NCBI GenBank assembly: GCA_947441205.1 | Contig: CANETM010000001.1 | Span: forward strand, 1 to 40,379 | Length of the DNA stretch: 40,379 nucleotides | Reading direction: 5' to 3' | Origin: Bacteroidota bacterium | Lineage (GTDB): Bacteria; Bacteroidota; Bacteroidia; Chitinophagales; Chitinophagaceae | Shown: piece by piece, positions 19,441-29,447 of the stretch | Layout of the letters: each line of letters begins with the position of its first letter | Numbering within the stretch: position 1 is the stretch's first letter | Program-made: the position numbers and the translations under genes | Notes under the pieces: model-generated | Database searches by the model: none | What the model saw: the letters and a program-made list of their open reading frames with translations, nothing else | What the model was told of the DNA's origin: nothing

Positions 19441-21127
19441 GGTATACAAAGTCGAGTGGAGTCATTTTGATTCCGATGGTATTTTTTACAAGTACCGCGA
19501 TGTTTGGCTCAAATCACATTCTCCTAATCCGTTTTTAACGGACAAGCTTATATACATTGCACAGCAAGCAGGTCATCAAGTACAAGTGGCATTTTTTTAT
19601 GTGGATGATGTATTGATTGGGGCATTGCCTTTCTACTTCAAAGATTCTCATTTTCGCATGTTTGGAGAAGAAAAATCTGATGGGTTAGATTTGATTTTCT
19701 CAAAAGATGTTTCACTTCATGATAAATACGAACTTTTATTAAAGTTTTTCAGTGATTTAAATTTGCGTTCAGCTAGTTTTAAAAAATTAGCAACCTACAG
19801 TTACAATTATTTAATCATTGTCAAAGTATTCAGACAAATAGGGTTTAAAGAGGTGGCTTCAGTATCTTATAAAAATCCTATTGTTAAACACTTAACGGAA
19901 ACTCCCGATTATGATGGGTTTTTAAAGATATTTAGTAAAAGAAATACCAGAAATTATTGCAGTAAATTAAATAGGGAGTTTGGTTACAAAGTCACTGCGA
20001 TGGAGCATAATGATGTTGAGATTGTAGCCGATTGGATGAACCATTTTTACCGAAATCATATACAAAGGTGGAACAATACAAAGACGGAATCTATTTATTC
20101 ATATTCTCAAAATCCAATAATTTTAAATAATAAAGTTAAAGCGTGGCTAGAAAATAAAGTAGGTGTGCTATTTTCAATTGATGTAAACAATTACCCTATT
20201 GCCATGGCAATTTGTTTAAAACAAGGTAACACCATACTGTATCATCAAATTTCTTTTTCAGATTTACCTATTTATAAAAGTTACCCAAAGCAAAAGATAC
20301 TCATTTTAGAATTGGCAAAATGGATGGTAACCAATCATTTTATTAGGCTAGATTTTGGTATTGGGAGTGAAAATTATAAGTATGAATATGCCAATTTTGA
20401 TCGAGAAATCATTCAAATGGATTTTTCGAAGACCAGGTGGCAATTGTCTCATATCAAATCTTTAGTAAACTATACCTACCGCAAAAACATTTTCTTACAA
20501 AAACTTAATAACGAATACCTCAAAAGAATTGTTGGGTTGCTGCGAACCCTTATCATGCGATTAGGCTATTACAAAAAAGAATTTCAATTAGATAAATGGT
20601 TCTTTTATAAAAAAGTAGTAAGAACCATCAATAATGAACAGATGTTTTTCTATCAATATAAATCAACAAATGTTTCAAATATATTGGCTAAAATTTATAA
20701 GATAAGGTCGCTTACATTCATTGAGGTAATGGGATTTTATGAAGTAGAAATCGTACTAACCTTAACAAAGCGAAATTTCTATATTAGGAAAATATTTGAA
20801 GGAGTAGATATTCCATATGGATTATTCAACCAACAAAATGAAGTGGTATCTATTGCTTGGTTGAACAAAGCAAAAGACAATGAGAAACCACCACTTTTTA
20901 ACGATTGTGAAGTATATTCGGTTGACGACTGCTATACATTAAGAAGTGAACGGGGTAAAGGTTATTATCCAATTTTAATAAGTTACGTTGCTCAATTGGT
21001 AAATGATATTGTATTAATATACACCAATGATTGGAATATTGCATCACAAAAAGGTATTGTAAAGGCCGGATTTGAACCTATTGCAAAAAGAATCAAGAAA
21101 AATGCACAGAGATATGAGTGGCAATAA
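19433..21127 (+). CDS. GNAT-fold acyl/aminoacyl transferase (CelD/BcsL, FemAB-like) fused to a second C-terminal GNAT domain
   Basis: HIQRW and LDFGIGSENYKYEYA (Acetyltransf_6-like). C-terminal DCYT..SERGKGYY...NIASQKG..KAGF (GNAT motifs A/B). Confidence 0.7.
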   Translation: MTKVYKVEWSHFDSDGIFYKYRDVWLKSHSPNPFLTDKLIYIAQQAGHQVQVAFFYVDDVLIGALPFYFKDSHFRMFGEEKSDGLDLIFSKDVSLHDKYELLLKFFSDLNLRSASFKKLATYSYNYLIIVKVFRQIGFKEVASVSYKNPIVKHLTETPDYDGFLKIFSKRNTRNYCSKLNREFGYKVTAMEHNDVEIVADWMNHFYRNHIQRWNNTKTESIYSYSQNPIILNNKVKAWLENKVGVLFSIDVNNYPIAMAICLKQGNTILYHQISFSDLPIYKSYPKQKILILELAKWMVTNHFIRLDFGIGSENYKYEYANFDREIIQMDFSKTRWQLSHIKSLVNYTYRKNIFLQKLNNEYLKRIVGLLRTLIMRLGYYKKEFQLDKWFFYKKVVRTINNEQMFFYQYKSTNVSNILAKIYKIRSLTFIEVMGFYEVEIVLTLTKRNFYIRKIFEGVDIPYGLFNQQNEVVSIAWLNKAKDNEKPPLFNDCEVYSVDDCYTLRSERGKGYYPILISYVAQLVNDIVLIYTNDWNIASQKGIVKAGFEPIAKRIKKNAQRYEWQ

Positions 21128-22340
21128 AAAAGTAATGAAGTTAGGGTATTACAACCACGGTCATTTTATTAAAGACCAAGAAGGTAAAGTATATGTAAGT
21201 TTTGATGTAGCGATATGGGCAGATCGGTTTGTGGAATTGTGTGATGAATTTGTTGTTTTTCTGAATAGAGGTGTAGGAAATTCATTCGAGAAAAGTAAAA
21301 TATCAAAGTCATTTTATCCATTACATCCTAAAGCGAAATTAGTAGATATTGGACTTCAAAGACCGCATTGGCAAAAAGTGATAGGTATAGGTCTTAACAA
21401 ACAGGCTATTATAGAATCAACAGCAAAATTGGATTGGATAATTATTCAAGGCCCAACACCACAACAAAATGTAATTGCAAAATCTGTACATCCAAATTGT
21501 AAAATAGCAACATTGTTGGTTGGACTTTGGAAAAAGTGGCCCAAGCAGATGTTTAGACAAAGCGGTTTGAAAAATCAATTCAAAGAGCATTTAATCAACC
21601 TATTGAAATGGTACAATCAATACCAAACGAGTGTGCTGATGAACAAACATGCAGATTTACCAATGGGTAACAATCCGGCGATGCCTGTGTTTTACAGTTG
21701 TAAAAAATCATTCGCACTTGTCTCAAAGGGTTTAGTTAGAGCATCAGAAATTCAAGTAAGTGAAAGGAATCCAATTGATAAGAAGTTGATAAAATTGGTC
21801 TTTTTCAGTAGGCTCGACCCCGAGAAAAACTTGGAGTTGATACTTGAAGCCATGACTAAATTAAAATCTGAAGGAAGAATGGTAGTGTTAAAAGCATTTG
21901 GCGGAACACCTATGAAACAATACATAGATTTGATTCGTAAAAAGGTGAGTGAATTGGGTTTAGAAGAACATGTTCATTTGATGGGTGAACTCCCTAATCA
22001 TCAAAAACTGGAAGTGTTTCAAGATGCAGATATTTATGTATTCAATACTTGTACTACTGAGGGTTTTCCAAGAACTGTTTGGGAAGCCATGGCAACAGGA
22101 ATCCCAATTGTGTGTGCCAATTATCCTGGGGCTGATCAGTTTTTCAAGAACGGTGAGGTACGCTTGTTTGAACAAAACAACAAACAAGATTTGGTAAATA
22201 AAATTATAGAACTCTCCGATAACGAAGATTTGAGAAGACATACCAGTCAAATGGCTTATCAGTTATTGCAACAAAACACTTTGGAAAAATCCACTGAGAA
22301 TATTATTAAAGTGATATCCAATTACAAGTTTCATGCATAA
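21114..22340 (+). CDS. Glycosyltransferase family 4
   Basis: SRLDPEKNL, EGFPRTVWEAMATGIP. ATG at 21114 (or 21135) preferred over the TTG at 21072 because of the smaller overlap. Confidence 0.88.
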   Translation: MSGNKKVMKLGYYNHGHFIKDQEGKVYVSFDVAIWADRFVELCDEFVVFLNRGVGNSFEKSKISKSFYPLHPKAKLVDIGLQRPHWQKVIGIGLNKQAIIESTAKLDWIIIQGPTPQQNVIAKSVHPNCKIATLLVGLWKKWPKQMFRQSGLKNQFKEHLINLLKWYNQYQTSVLMNKHADLPMGNNPAMPVFYSCKKSFALVSKGLVRASEIQVSERNPIDKKLIKLVFFSRLDPEKNLELILEAMTKLKSEGRMVVLKAFGGTPMKQYIDLIRKKVSELGLEEHVHLMGELPNHQKLEVFQDADIYVFNTCTTEGFPRTVWEAMATGIPIVCANYPGADQFFKNGEVRLFEQNNKQDLVNKIIELSDNEDLRRHTSQMAYQLLQQNTLEKSTENIIKVISNYKFHA

Positions 22341-23310
22341 AATCAAACTGATTTATAATATACTCAAACTAACAGGAATACTTTGGTTTTTCAATCGTTT
22401 GATGGCTCAAAAAGAGCAGCGGGTAGTTTTATGCTATCACCGTATCAGCGAAATGAAATTTGACCATCAAATCAGTTTCCTTAAGGAAAAGTTTGATATA
22501 GTACCTTTAAATTCGCTTTTAACCGCAACATTTAATTCGCATAAATCACCCCAGCCACAATCAACAAAGCCTTTATTGTCTTTAACCATGGATGATTGCT
22601 ATGGTAAGGACTTTCATCAGTCATTCACTGTTTGCCAAAAACACCAAGTGCATTGTACTTATTTTGTGCCAACAAAGTACGCTGAACATCAGGTTTCCTT
22701 ATGGTCTTTGAGGCTTATAGACATTTTGAAAAAGCTTGATTTGCCATGTTCTATTACCGATTTTGAGGGTATTGAGATAACTTTTAATGAGGAACAGAAC
22801 AAAAAAGCCTTTGAATTGAAATGGATAAGTAAGTTTTTAAATAATAAACAACAAACTTCTGAAATAGAAGCTTTGTTTGATGAATTTTTTACAGTAAATA
22901 ATTTTAAAGACCAAGCTGATGCTGTTATAGGTAATGAAATTATTGTATTAAATTCAGATAATAAGTTTACATCTTTTCAATCCCATACAGTTTCCCATCC
23001 TAAGTTATATTTATGTTCCCCAACTAAATTAAAGCATGAATTTGAAGATTCGAAAATATATTTATCGAAGTTGGCTTTAAATGAAAATCAATATGTAATA
23101 TGTTATCCATATGGGTCTTTCGTTCACATTGGAGATAGTTTCAAAGAGGCTTCTAATTTTTATGAATATGGAGTAACATTGCAAAGTGGACTAGTGAATA
23201 GGTATTCAGATAGAATGCTTGTTCCAAGAATTGGCATATATGAACATGATACCTATCAAAGCATTTGTGTGAAAGTAGTTTTTGCACAATTGCAGGCAAT
23301 TTTGAAATAG
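22333..23310 (+). CDS. Polysaccharide deacetylase (CE4/NodB-like)
   Basis: LCYHRI, LTMDDCY, SHTVSHP, CYPYG, VPRI. Confidence 0.85.
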   Translation: MHKIKLIYNILKLTGILWFFNRLMAQKEQRVVLCYHRISEMKFDHQISFLKEKFDIVPLNSLLTATFNSHKSPQPQSTKPLLSLTMDDCYGKDFHQSFTVCQKHQVHCTYFVPTKYAEHQVSLWSLRLIDILKKLDLPCSITDFEGIEITFNEEQNKKAFELKWISKFLNNKQQTSEIEALFDEFFTVNNFKDQADAVIGNEIIVLNSDNKFTSFQSHTVSHPKLYLCSPTKLKHEFEDSKIYLSKLALNENQYVICYPYGSFVHIGDSFKEASNFYEYGVTLQSGLVNRYSDRMLVPRIGIYEHDTYQSICVKVVFAQLQAILK

Positions 23311-23325
23311 AATAATTTTATAAAC

Positions 23326-24321
23326 ATGGAAAATATAAATAGCTTGAACATATTAGTAACGGGAGGTGACGGATTTATAGGTTCTCATCTTGTTGAGGCG
23401 CTTTTAAATGAAGGTCATAAGGTAAGGGCCCTTAATTATTATAATTCTTTTAATTTCTGGGGATGGCTTGAAGATATCAAGCATCCAAATTTAGAGATTG
23501 TTTCGGGTGATGTAAGAGATTACAACTATTGTCAAAAAATTACAGAAGGAATCGATATTGTTTATCATTTAGCAGCATTGATAGCTATACCCTATTCGTA
23601 TCATGCTCCCGACAGTTATATTGATACAAACATAAAAGGCACATCAAACATTTGTTTGGCAAGCCAAAAGAACCATGTGAAACGCATTATTCACACCTCT
23701 ACCAGTGAGGTGTATGGTACAGCCAAATATGTTCCTATCAATGAAGAACACCCCCTGCAACCACAATCACCATACAGTGCCTCTAAAATTGGTGCAGATG
23801 CAATGGCCATGAGTTATTACAATGCATTCAACATACCATTGGTCATTGCACGCCCATTCAACACATATGGACCTCGTCAATCGGCAAGAGCCATTATACC
23901 AACCATCATTACTCAATTGGCTAATGGCAAAAAAGAGATTAAATTGGGTGATTTAACTCCTACAAGAGACTTGAATTTTGTGAAAGATACGTGCAAAGGT
24001 TTTATGGAACTTGGTAAAGCAGGAGAAAATGTGATTGGACAAGTTGTGAATATTGGGTCAAACTTTGAAGTTACCATGAAAGATGTATTTGATATCATCA
24101 ACGAAATCATGGGTACAAAGGCTGAAGTAATTACAGACCAAGAAAGAATAAGGCCTGAAAAATCGGAAGTGTTCAGACTTTGGTGCGACAATAAAAAAAT
24201 CAATAAACTTACCGGATTTTTACCTGATTACAATTTGAAAACCGGCTTGGAAGAAACTGTAACATGGTTTACCAATCCAACCAATCTTAGTAAATATAAA
24301 TCGGATATATACAATGTCTAA
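23326..24321 (+). CDS. LegB-like NAD-dependent NDP-sugar 4,6-dehydratase
   Basis: GGDGFIGSHL, YYNSFNFWGWL, HLAALIAIPYSY, TSTSEVYG, PYSASK, GPRQSARA, RIRPEKSEV: signature of the LegB clade. Confidence 0.85.
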   Translation: MENINSLNILVTGGDGFIGSHLVEALLNEGHKVRALNYYNSFNFWGWLEDIKHPNLEIVSGDVRDYNYCQKITEGIDIVYHLAALIAIPYSYHAPDSYIDTNIKGTSNICLASQKNHVKRIIHTSTSEVYGTAKYVPINEEHPLQPQSPYSASKIGADAMAMSYYNAFNIPLVIARPFNTYGPRQSARAIIPTIITQLANGKKEIKLGDLTPTRDLNFVKDTCKGFMELGKAGENVIGQVVNIGSNFEVTMKDVFDIINEIMGTKAEVITDQERIRPEKSEVFRLWCDNKKINKLTGFLPDYNLKTGLEETVTWFTNPTNLSKYKSDIYNV

Positions 24322-25021
24322 AAGAGCAATTATTTTGGCGGGTGGCAAGGGTACTCGCCTTAAACCTTATACTATAGTTTTACCCAAACCGCTCGTTCCC
24401 ATTGGGGAACTTCCCATTTTGGAAATTGTGCTTAGGCAGTTAAAGCAACAAGGTTTTACTCACATCACCATGGCGGTAAATCATATGGCTGAGTTAATCA
24501 TGGCATTTTTTGGGGATGGATCTAAATGGGAAATCAAAATTGATTATTCTATGGAAGACAGGCCACTTAGTACCATGGGACCTCTGAAATTAATTGAAGA
24601 TTTACCAGATAACTTTTTAGTCATGAATGGTGATATTTTAACTGATTTGAAATATGGTCAGTTCTTCGATCAACATGTACAGCATGACCATATTTTTACG
24701 ATTTCGTCCTTTACAAGAAGGGATAAAAGTGAGTATGGAATATTGGAAACCAATGAACAGCATACATTGACAGCTTTCAAGGAGAAGCCCGAATCTACAT
24801 TTGAAGTGAGTATGGGAATTTATGCATTGAACAAACGGGTATTGGATTTCATTCCTGATGATACCTTTTTTGGTTTCGATCATTTAATGTATGCCCTCAT
24901 TGAAAACAATAAAAAAGTAGCGGTAAACAATCATGATGGGATTTGGTTAGATATTGGAAGACCTGTTGATTTTCAAAATGCCATTGATTTATTTGAAAAA
25001 GAAGGAGATAAATTTTTGTAG
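24314..25021 (+). CDS. Sugar-1-phosphate nucleotidyltransferase (NTP_transferase domain only)
   Basis: LAGGKGTRLKPYT..PKPL, NGDILTD, EKP, WLDIG. No CBS domains. Confidence 0.88.
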   Translation: MSKRAIILAGGKGTRLKPYTIVLPKPLVPIGELPILEIVLRQLKQQGFTHITMAVNHMAELIMAFFGDGSKWEIKIDYSMEDRPLSTMGPLKLIEDLPDNFLVMNGDILTDLKYGQFFDQHVQHDHIFTISSFTRRDKSEYGILETNEQHTLTAFKEKPESTFEVSMGIYALNKRVLDFIPDDTFFGFDHLMYALIENNKKVAVNNHDGIWLDIGRPVDFQNAIDLFEKEGDKFL

Positions 25022-25906
25022 ATGAAAATTTTAATCACTGGTTCGAGAGGTTTCATTGGTAAACATTTGGTTGCCTTTTTAGAAGAAAAAGATGTTGCAA
25101 TAGAAATTATACATTGGGATAAAGCTGATGGAGACTTATCCCAATTGGAAACAGGAAAACAACTGTTGCAGTTTCAAGGAATTGATAAAATTATTCACCT
25201 GGCTTCAAATAATTTTGTACCTGAAAGTTGGGATAAAACAGCAGACTACGTTATAGGAAACTACACTTCGACATTTAATATACTAGAATACTGCAGGCAT
25301 AATCAAGCTGAATTAATTTATCTCAGTTCATACATGTATGGAAATTCTGACTTCATTCCTATTGCTGAACATGCGCCATTGAAAGTCAATAACCCTTATG
25401 GTTTTTCAAAATTAGCAGGTGAACAATTGTGTCAATTTTATCATGAAACATTTCAAGTTCCGGTATTGGTATTAAGACCGTTTAATATTTTTGGAGTTGG
25501 ACAGCGAGAAGATTTTTTAATTCCTTATTTGGCAGAACAAATTACCAATCCGACAAAAAATATAGTTGAAGTAAACGATGCCCATCCACGCAGAGATTAT
25601 TTGTATGTGAACGATTTTTGTTCGCTGCTCTACAAGGCATTAATCAACCACAAGGGATATGATATATTTAATGTAGGATTTGGTCAATCTTATTCAGTGG
25701 CAGAAGTGATTGAAATGGTATCTAAAATTGCAGGTGAAACCAAAGAGATTCATGCTAAGCACATTGTGAGGACGAATGAAATCAATGATGTCGTAGCAGA
25801 TATTACAAAAGCAAAAACCATTTTAGGTTGGAAACCAGAAACGAGTTTTGAAGAAGGACTTAGTCAGATAGTACATCATTATCAAAAACAATTTGGCAAA
25901 GCTTAA
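25022..25906 (+). CDS. NAD-dependent epimerase / probable 4-keto reductase
   Basis: TGSRGFIG, PYGFSK, RPFNIFG, RRDYLYV. Confidence 0.85.
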   Translation: MKILITGSRGFIGKHLVAFLEEKDVAIEIIHWDKADGDLSQLETGKQLLQFQGIDKIIHLASNNFVPESWDKTADYVIGNYTSTFNILEYCRHNQAELIYLSSYMYGNSDFIPIAEHAPLKVNNPYGFSKLAGEQLCQFYHETFQVPVLVLRPFNIFGVGQREDFLIPYLAEQITNPTKNIVEVNDAHPRRDYLYVNDFCSLLYKALINHKGYDIFNVGFGQSYSVAEVIEMVSKIAGETKEIHAKHIVRTNEINDVVADITKAKTILGWKPETSFEEGLSQIVHHYQKQFGKA

Positions 25907-26960
25907 AATAATTTTTGTGATGCCAGAGCCGTCTAGTGTTGGTGGCATGAAAGCGATATCTAAAATGTATTATGATTTAGATATATTCAAACAATCAGAT
26001 TACATCCATTTTGATTCTACATTTGCAGGCAAAAATAAATTTTCAAGACTCATTCAATCCATTTTACTCAGGTTTAGATTTATCCTTTTGCTACTAAAAT
26101 CAAAACCTACTGGAGTTTTTATCTATAGCTCATCTTATTGGGGATTTTATGACAAAGCGTTTTATGCATTAATCAGCAGGTTATTCGGTATTAAGTCTGC
26201 ATTGAATCTGGTAGGGGGCGAATTTTTCAAATTTTACCAAAGTCGTTTTTACCACAAATGGATGGTGAAGTTGTGTATGAAATTTCCCAACAAAATTGTT
26301 ATTGGGAGTAGCAGTTGGTTAGATACATTTCATCAGGAATTTCCTACGGTGAAATGCGAGGTCATTCATAATCCAGTAGTTTGGAAAAATGGTTTTGATA
26401 CACCCAAGTTGGGAGGCGAAAAGGTGAGATTTTTATTTTTTGGCAGGTTAGCTGTTGAAAAAGGAATTGAAGAAATCATTCAAGCATTAAATCAATTACA
26501 GGCCTTACCTGATTTGCATTTCCATTTTACCTTTGCTGGAAAAGGGCCATCTGGCAGTCATATCAAATCGGTTTTAGTTGACATGATTGCATCGGGAAAG
26601 GTTTCGGTATATGAAAATGTAAGTGATGAAGACAAAAATAAATTACTTCAAACATCACAAGTTTTTGTATTGCCATCGCATGCAGAGGTGTTGCCCATTT
26701 CTCTGCTTGAAGCTATGGGTTACCATATGCCAGCAATCATTACAAATGTGGGTGGGATGAAAGATGCGGTTGATGACAATGTAAGTGGATTTATTATTCA
26801 AGATTTAAGTAAAACAGTGAATGAATTGGTTCGCCACCTACTATATTTTATAGAAAATCCAATACAGATAGAAAAGATGGGTTTAACGGCTAATAAAAAA
26901 ATTAAAGAACAATTCGAGTTTAACGTGATTTTTCAAAAGAAAATAAATTTATTCCAATAG
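25893..26960 (+). CDS. Glycosyltransferase family 4
   Basis: GRLAVEKG, FVLPSHAEVLPISLLEAMG, NVGG. Confidence 0.9.
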   Translation: MAKLKIIFVMPEPSSVGGMKAISKMYYDLDIFKQSDYIHFDSTFAGKNKFSRLIQSILLRFRFILLLLKSKPTGVFIYSSSYWGFYDKAFYALISRLFGIKSALNLVGGEFFKFYQSRFYHKWMVKLCMKFPNKIVIGSSSWLDTFHQEFPTVKCEVIHNPVVWKNGFDTPKLGGEKVRFLFFGRLAVEKGIEEIIQALNQLQALPDLHFHFTFAGKGPSGSHIKSVLVDMIASGKVSVYENVSDEDKNKLLQTSQVFVLPSHAEVLPISLLEAMGYHMPAIITNVGGMKDAVDDNVSGFIIQDLSKTVNELVRHLLYFIENPIQIEKMGLTANKKIKEQFEFNVIFQKKINLFQ

Positions 26961-28361
26961 ATGGCAGGATTTTTACAGGATAAGATATACCCTAAATTAC
27001 CGCTATTTATTCAAAATATTGCGATAAGTATTTATGGATATAAGTGGAACAAAAGAAGATTTGGGGGAGTATTTAAAACAGAACTTAAAAAATATTTAGC
27101 ACGTGAATCATTTGATATTCATCAATGGCAAGACTTTCAAGAGAAAGAGCTGCGTAAAATTTTGAAACACGCATTTCAACAGGTTCCATATTATCAAAAA
27201 TCTTTTACTGATGCAGGATTTCATTCCATAGATTTTGAAGAATTTGAGCTCAGTAATATCACTAAGATTCCATATCTAGAAAAAAATGATTTGCGAAAGC
27301 ATGGAAAAGATATGCTATTAGCAAATATCAGAGAGAAAAACGGAGAGTTTTATGCAAGCAGTGGTAGTACTGGAACACCTACACAAATATTGTTTTCAAA
27401 GGCTATGCACCAAAGGTGGAGTGCGGCCTTTGAGGTTAGAATAAGGTATTGGGCAGGATTAAGCATTAAGAATGCAAGAGGTATGATTGGTGGTAGAAGA
27501 ATTATACAAGATGGAAATGCTAAGGGCCCTTTTTATAGATATAATATGATAGAAAAACAAGTTTATTTTTCTGCTTATCATATAAACGCTGAGAATGCAC
27601 AAGATTATTTAAATGGCATGATAAAACATGACGTTGATTATATGACTGGATATGCAATGAGTAATTTTATATTAGCTAGATTTATTAAAGAAAACGGCTT
27701 AAAAGCACCTCAATTAAAAGCCGTTATTACATCAAGTGAGAAGTTGACTCAGGAGATGAGAAATACTTTTAAAAATGTTTATGGCTGTAAAACTTTTGAT
27801 AGTTATAGTGGATTAGAAGCTTGTGGACTTATTTCTGAATGTGAATTTGGAAAGTTGCATTTGAGTCCAGATGTTGGAATCATTGAATTAATGAAAGAAA
27901 ATGGTGAGTATGCCCAACCAGGTGAAATTGGTGAAGCTATTTGCACTGGATTTTTAAATTACGATCAACCACTTATTCGCTATCGCATTGGTGATTTAAT
28001 TAAACTTAGCCTAGACCAGCAATGTAAATGTGGTAGAAATATGCCTGTTATTGATGAAATTATGGGGAGGGTGGAAGATACTGTTATAGGAATAGACGGC
28101 AGGGAGATGGTTCGATTTCATGGCATATTTATTAATATGCCCAAGATTATAGAAGGGCAGATCATTCAACATACGTTAAATGAATTTGAAATTGTATTGG
28201 TTGCTACAGAAAAACTTGAACAAAAAGATAATGAAGAACTATTGAGACGAATGCAATCCCAACTAGGAGCAATCTCTTTGAAAATTTCTGAAACTAATCA
28301 AATACCTAGAAATCAAAATGGGAAATTTAAAGCAGTAATTTCCCACGTTAAAAGAAAGTAA
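26961..28361 (+). CDS. Phenylacetate-CoA-ligase-family (CapK-like) adenylate-forming enzyme
   Basis: VPYY, SSGSTGTP, YSGLE, PLIRYRIGD, GRVED, NGKFKAV. Confidence 0.85.
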   Translation: MAGFLQDKIYPKLPLFIQNIAISIYGYKWNKRRFGGVFKTELKKYLARESFDIHQWQDFQEKELRKILKHAFQQVPYYQKSFTDAGFHSIDFEEFELSNITKIPYLEKNDLRKHGKDMLLANIREKNGEFYASSGSTGTPTQILFSKAMHQRWSAAFEVRIRYWAGLSIKNARGMIGGRRIIQDGNAKGPFYRYNMIEKQVYFSAYHINAENAQDYLNGMIKHDVDYMTGYAMSNFILARFIKENGLKAPQLKAVITSSEKLTQEMRNTFKNVYGCKTFDSYSGLEACGLISECEFGKLHLSPDVGIIELMKENGEYAQPGEIGEAICTGFLNYDQPLIRYRIGDLIKLSLDQQCKCGRNMPVIDEIMGRVEDTVIGIDGREMVRFHGIFINMPKIIEGQIIQHTLNEFEIVLVATEKLEQKDNEELLRRMQSQLGAISLKISETNQIPRNQNGKFKAVISHVKRK

Positions 28362-29443
28362 TGAAAATACTAACTATTATTGGAGCACGCCCACAATTTG
28401 TAAAAGCAGCTGTAGTTTCACGCGAACTAGCTAAAAGCAAAAATATTCAAGAAATTTTAGTTCATACGGGTCAACATTTTGACAAGAACATGAGTGACAT
28501 ATTCTTTGAAGAAATGGAAATTCCCACCCCCCATTATAATTTAAATATCAATGGTCTTTCACATGGTGCCATGACTGGTCAAATGCTGGAAGGAATTGAA
28601 AAGGTATGTATGACTGAGAAACCTGATTATGTTATGGTATACGGTGATACTAACTCCACGATTGCTGGAGCCTTGGCTGCAAAAAAAATGGGCATTGGCG
28701 TGATACATATTGAAGCAGGTCTTAGAAGCTTTAATATGAATATGCCTGAAGAAATTAATAGAATTTTGACAGACAGAATCAGTGATATTTTGTTTTGTCC
28801 CACAGATACTGCCATCGAGAACCTAAAGCATGATGGTATAATAGATGGGGCAATTCGCGTGATAAAAAATGGTGATGTAATGCAAGATGCCGCCCTTTAC
28901 TACGCCCAAAAATCTTCTGAAAAATCAACCATTTTGAGTCAATTGAATGTAAAGTCCAACGAATTTGTATTAGCTACCATTCATAGGCAAGAAAATACAG
29001 ATTCTTCAGAAAGGTTGCATGGTATAATTGAGGCACTTAATAAAATATCAAAAGAAATGTCTGTTGTGGTTCCCATGCATCCACGCACCAGAAAAATCAT
29101 AGAACGCGACCAACTTTCTGTTTCGTTTACCATGATTGACCCTATTGGTTATTTTGATATGCTAGAATTGCTTAAGCACTGCAGATTAGTATTAACAGAT
29201 AGCGGCGGTTTGCAAAAAGAAGCATACTTTTTTAATAAATATTGTGTTACTTTAAGGGACGAAACTGAATGGGTGGAATTGATTCAGAATGGTTTTAATC
29301 AATTGGCAGGTGCTGATATGCAATCAATTTTAAATGCATTCCAGCAATATGTTAGTAAACCTTTCAACAAACATATAGATTTATACGGAGGCGGAAAAGC
29401 TTCCGAAAATATTAGACTCACAATAGAGTCTTTAAGCAAATAA
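28361..29443 (+). CDS. wbpI: Non-hydrolysing 2-epimerase, WbpI/WlbD-like (UDP-Glc2NAc3NAcA 2-epimerase)
   Basis: MKILTIIGARPQFVKA...HGAMTGQML..YGDTNST..DSGGLQKEAYF is WbpI-like. wbpB/D/E homologs lie in the same locus. Confidence 0.75.
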   Translation: MKILTIIGARPQFVKAAVVSRELAKSKNIQEILVHTGQHFDKNMSDIFFEEMEIPTPHYNLNINGLSHGAMTGQMLEGIEKVCMTEKPDYVMVYGDTNSTIAGALAAKKMGIGVIHIEAGLRSFNMNMPEEINRILTDRISDILFCPTDTAIENLKHDGIIDGAIRVIKNGDVMQDAALYYAQKSSEKSTILSQLNVKSNEFVLATIHRQENTDSSERLHGIIEALNKISKEMSVVVPMHPRTRKIIERDQLSVSFTMIDPIGYFDMLELLKHCRLVLTDSGGLQKEAYFFNKYCVTLRDETEWVELIQNGFNQLAGADMQSILNAFQQYVSKPFNKHIDLYGGGKASENIRLTIESLSK

Positions 29444-29447
29444 TTGA

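Noticed and set aside
21072-21113. TTG start for the GT4
   Set aside because: It gives a 56-bp overlap; ATGs at 21114 and 21135 fit better.
23326-25021. Calling a complete legionaminic acid pathway
   Set aside because: LegC/G/H/I are not in the window, and the only aminotransferase belongs to the wbpB-D-E triad.
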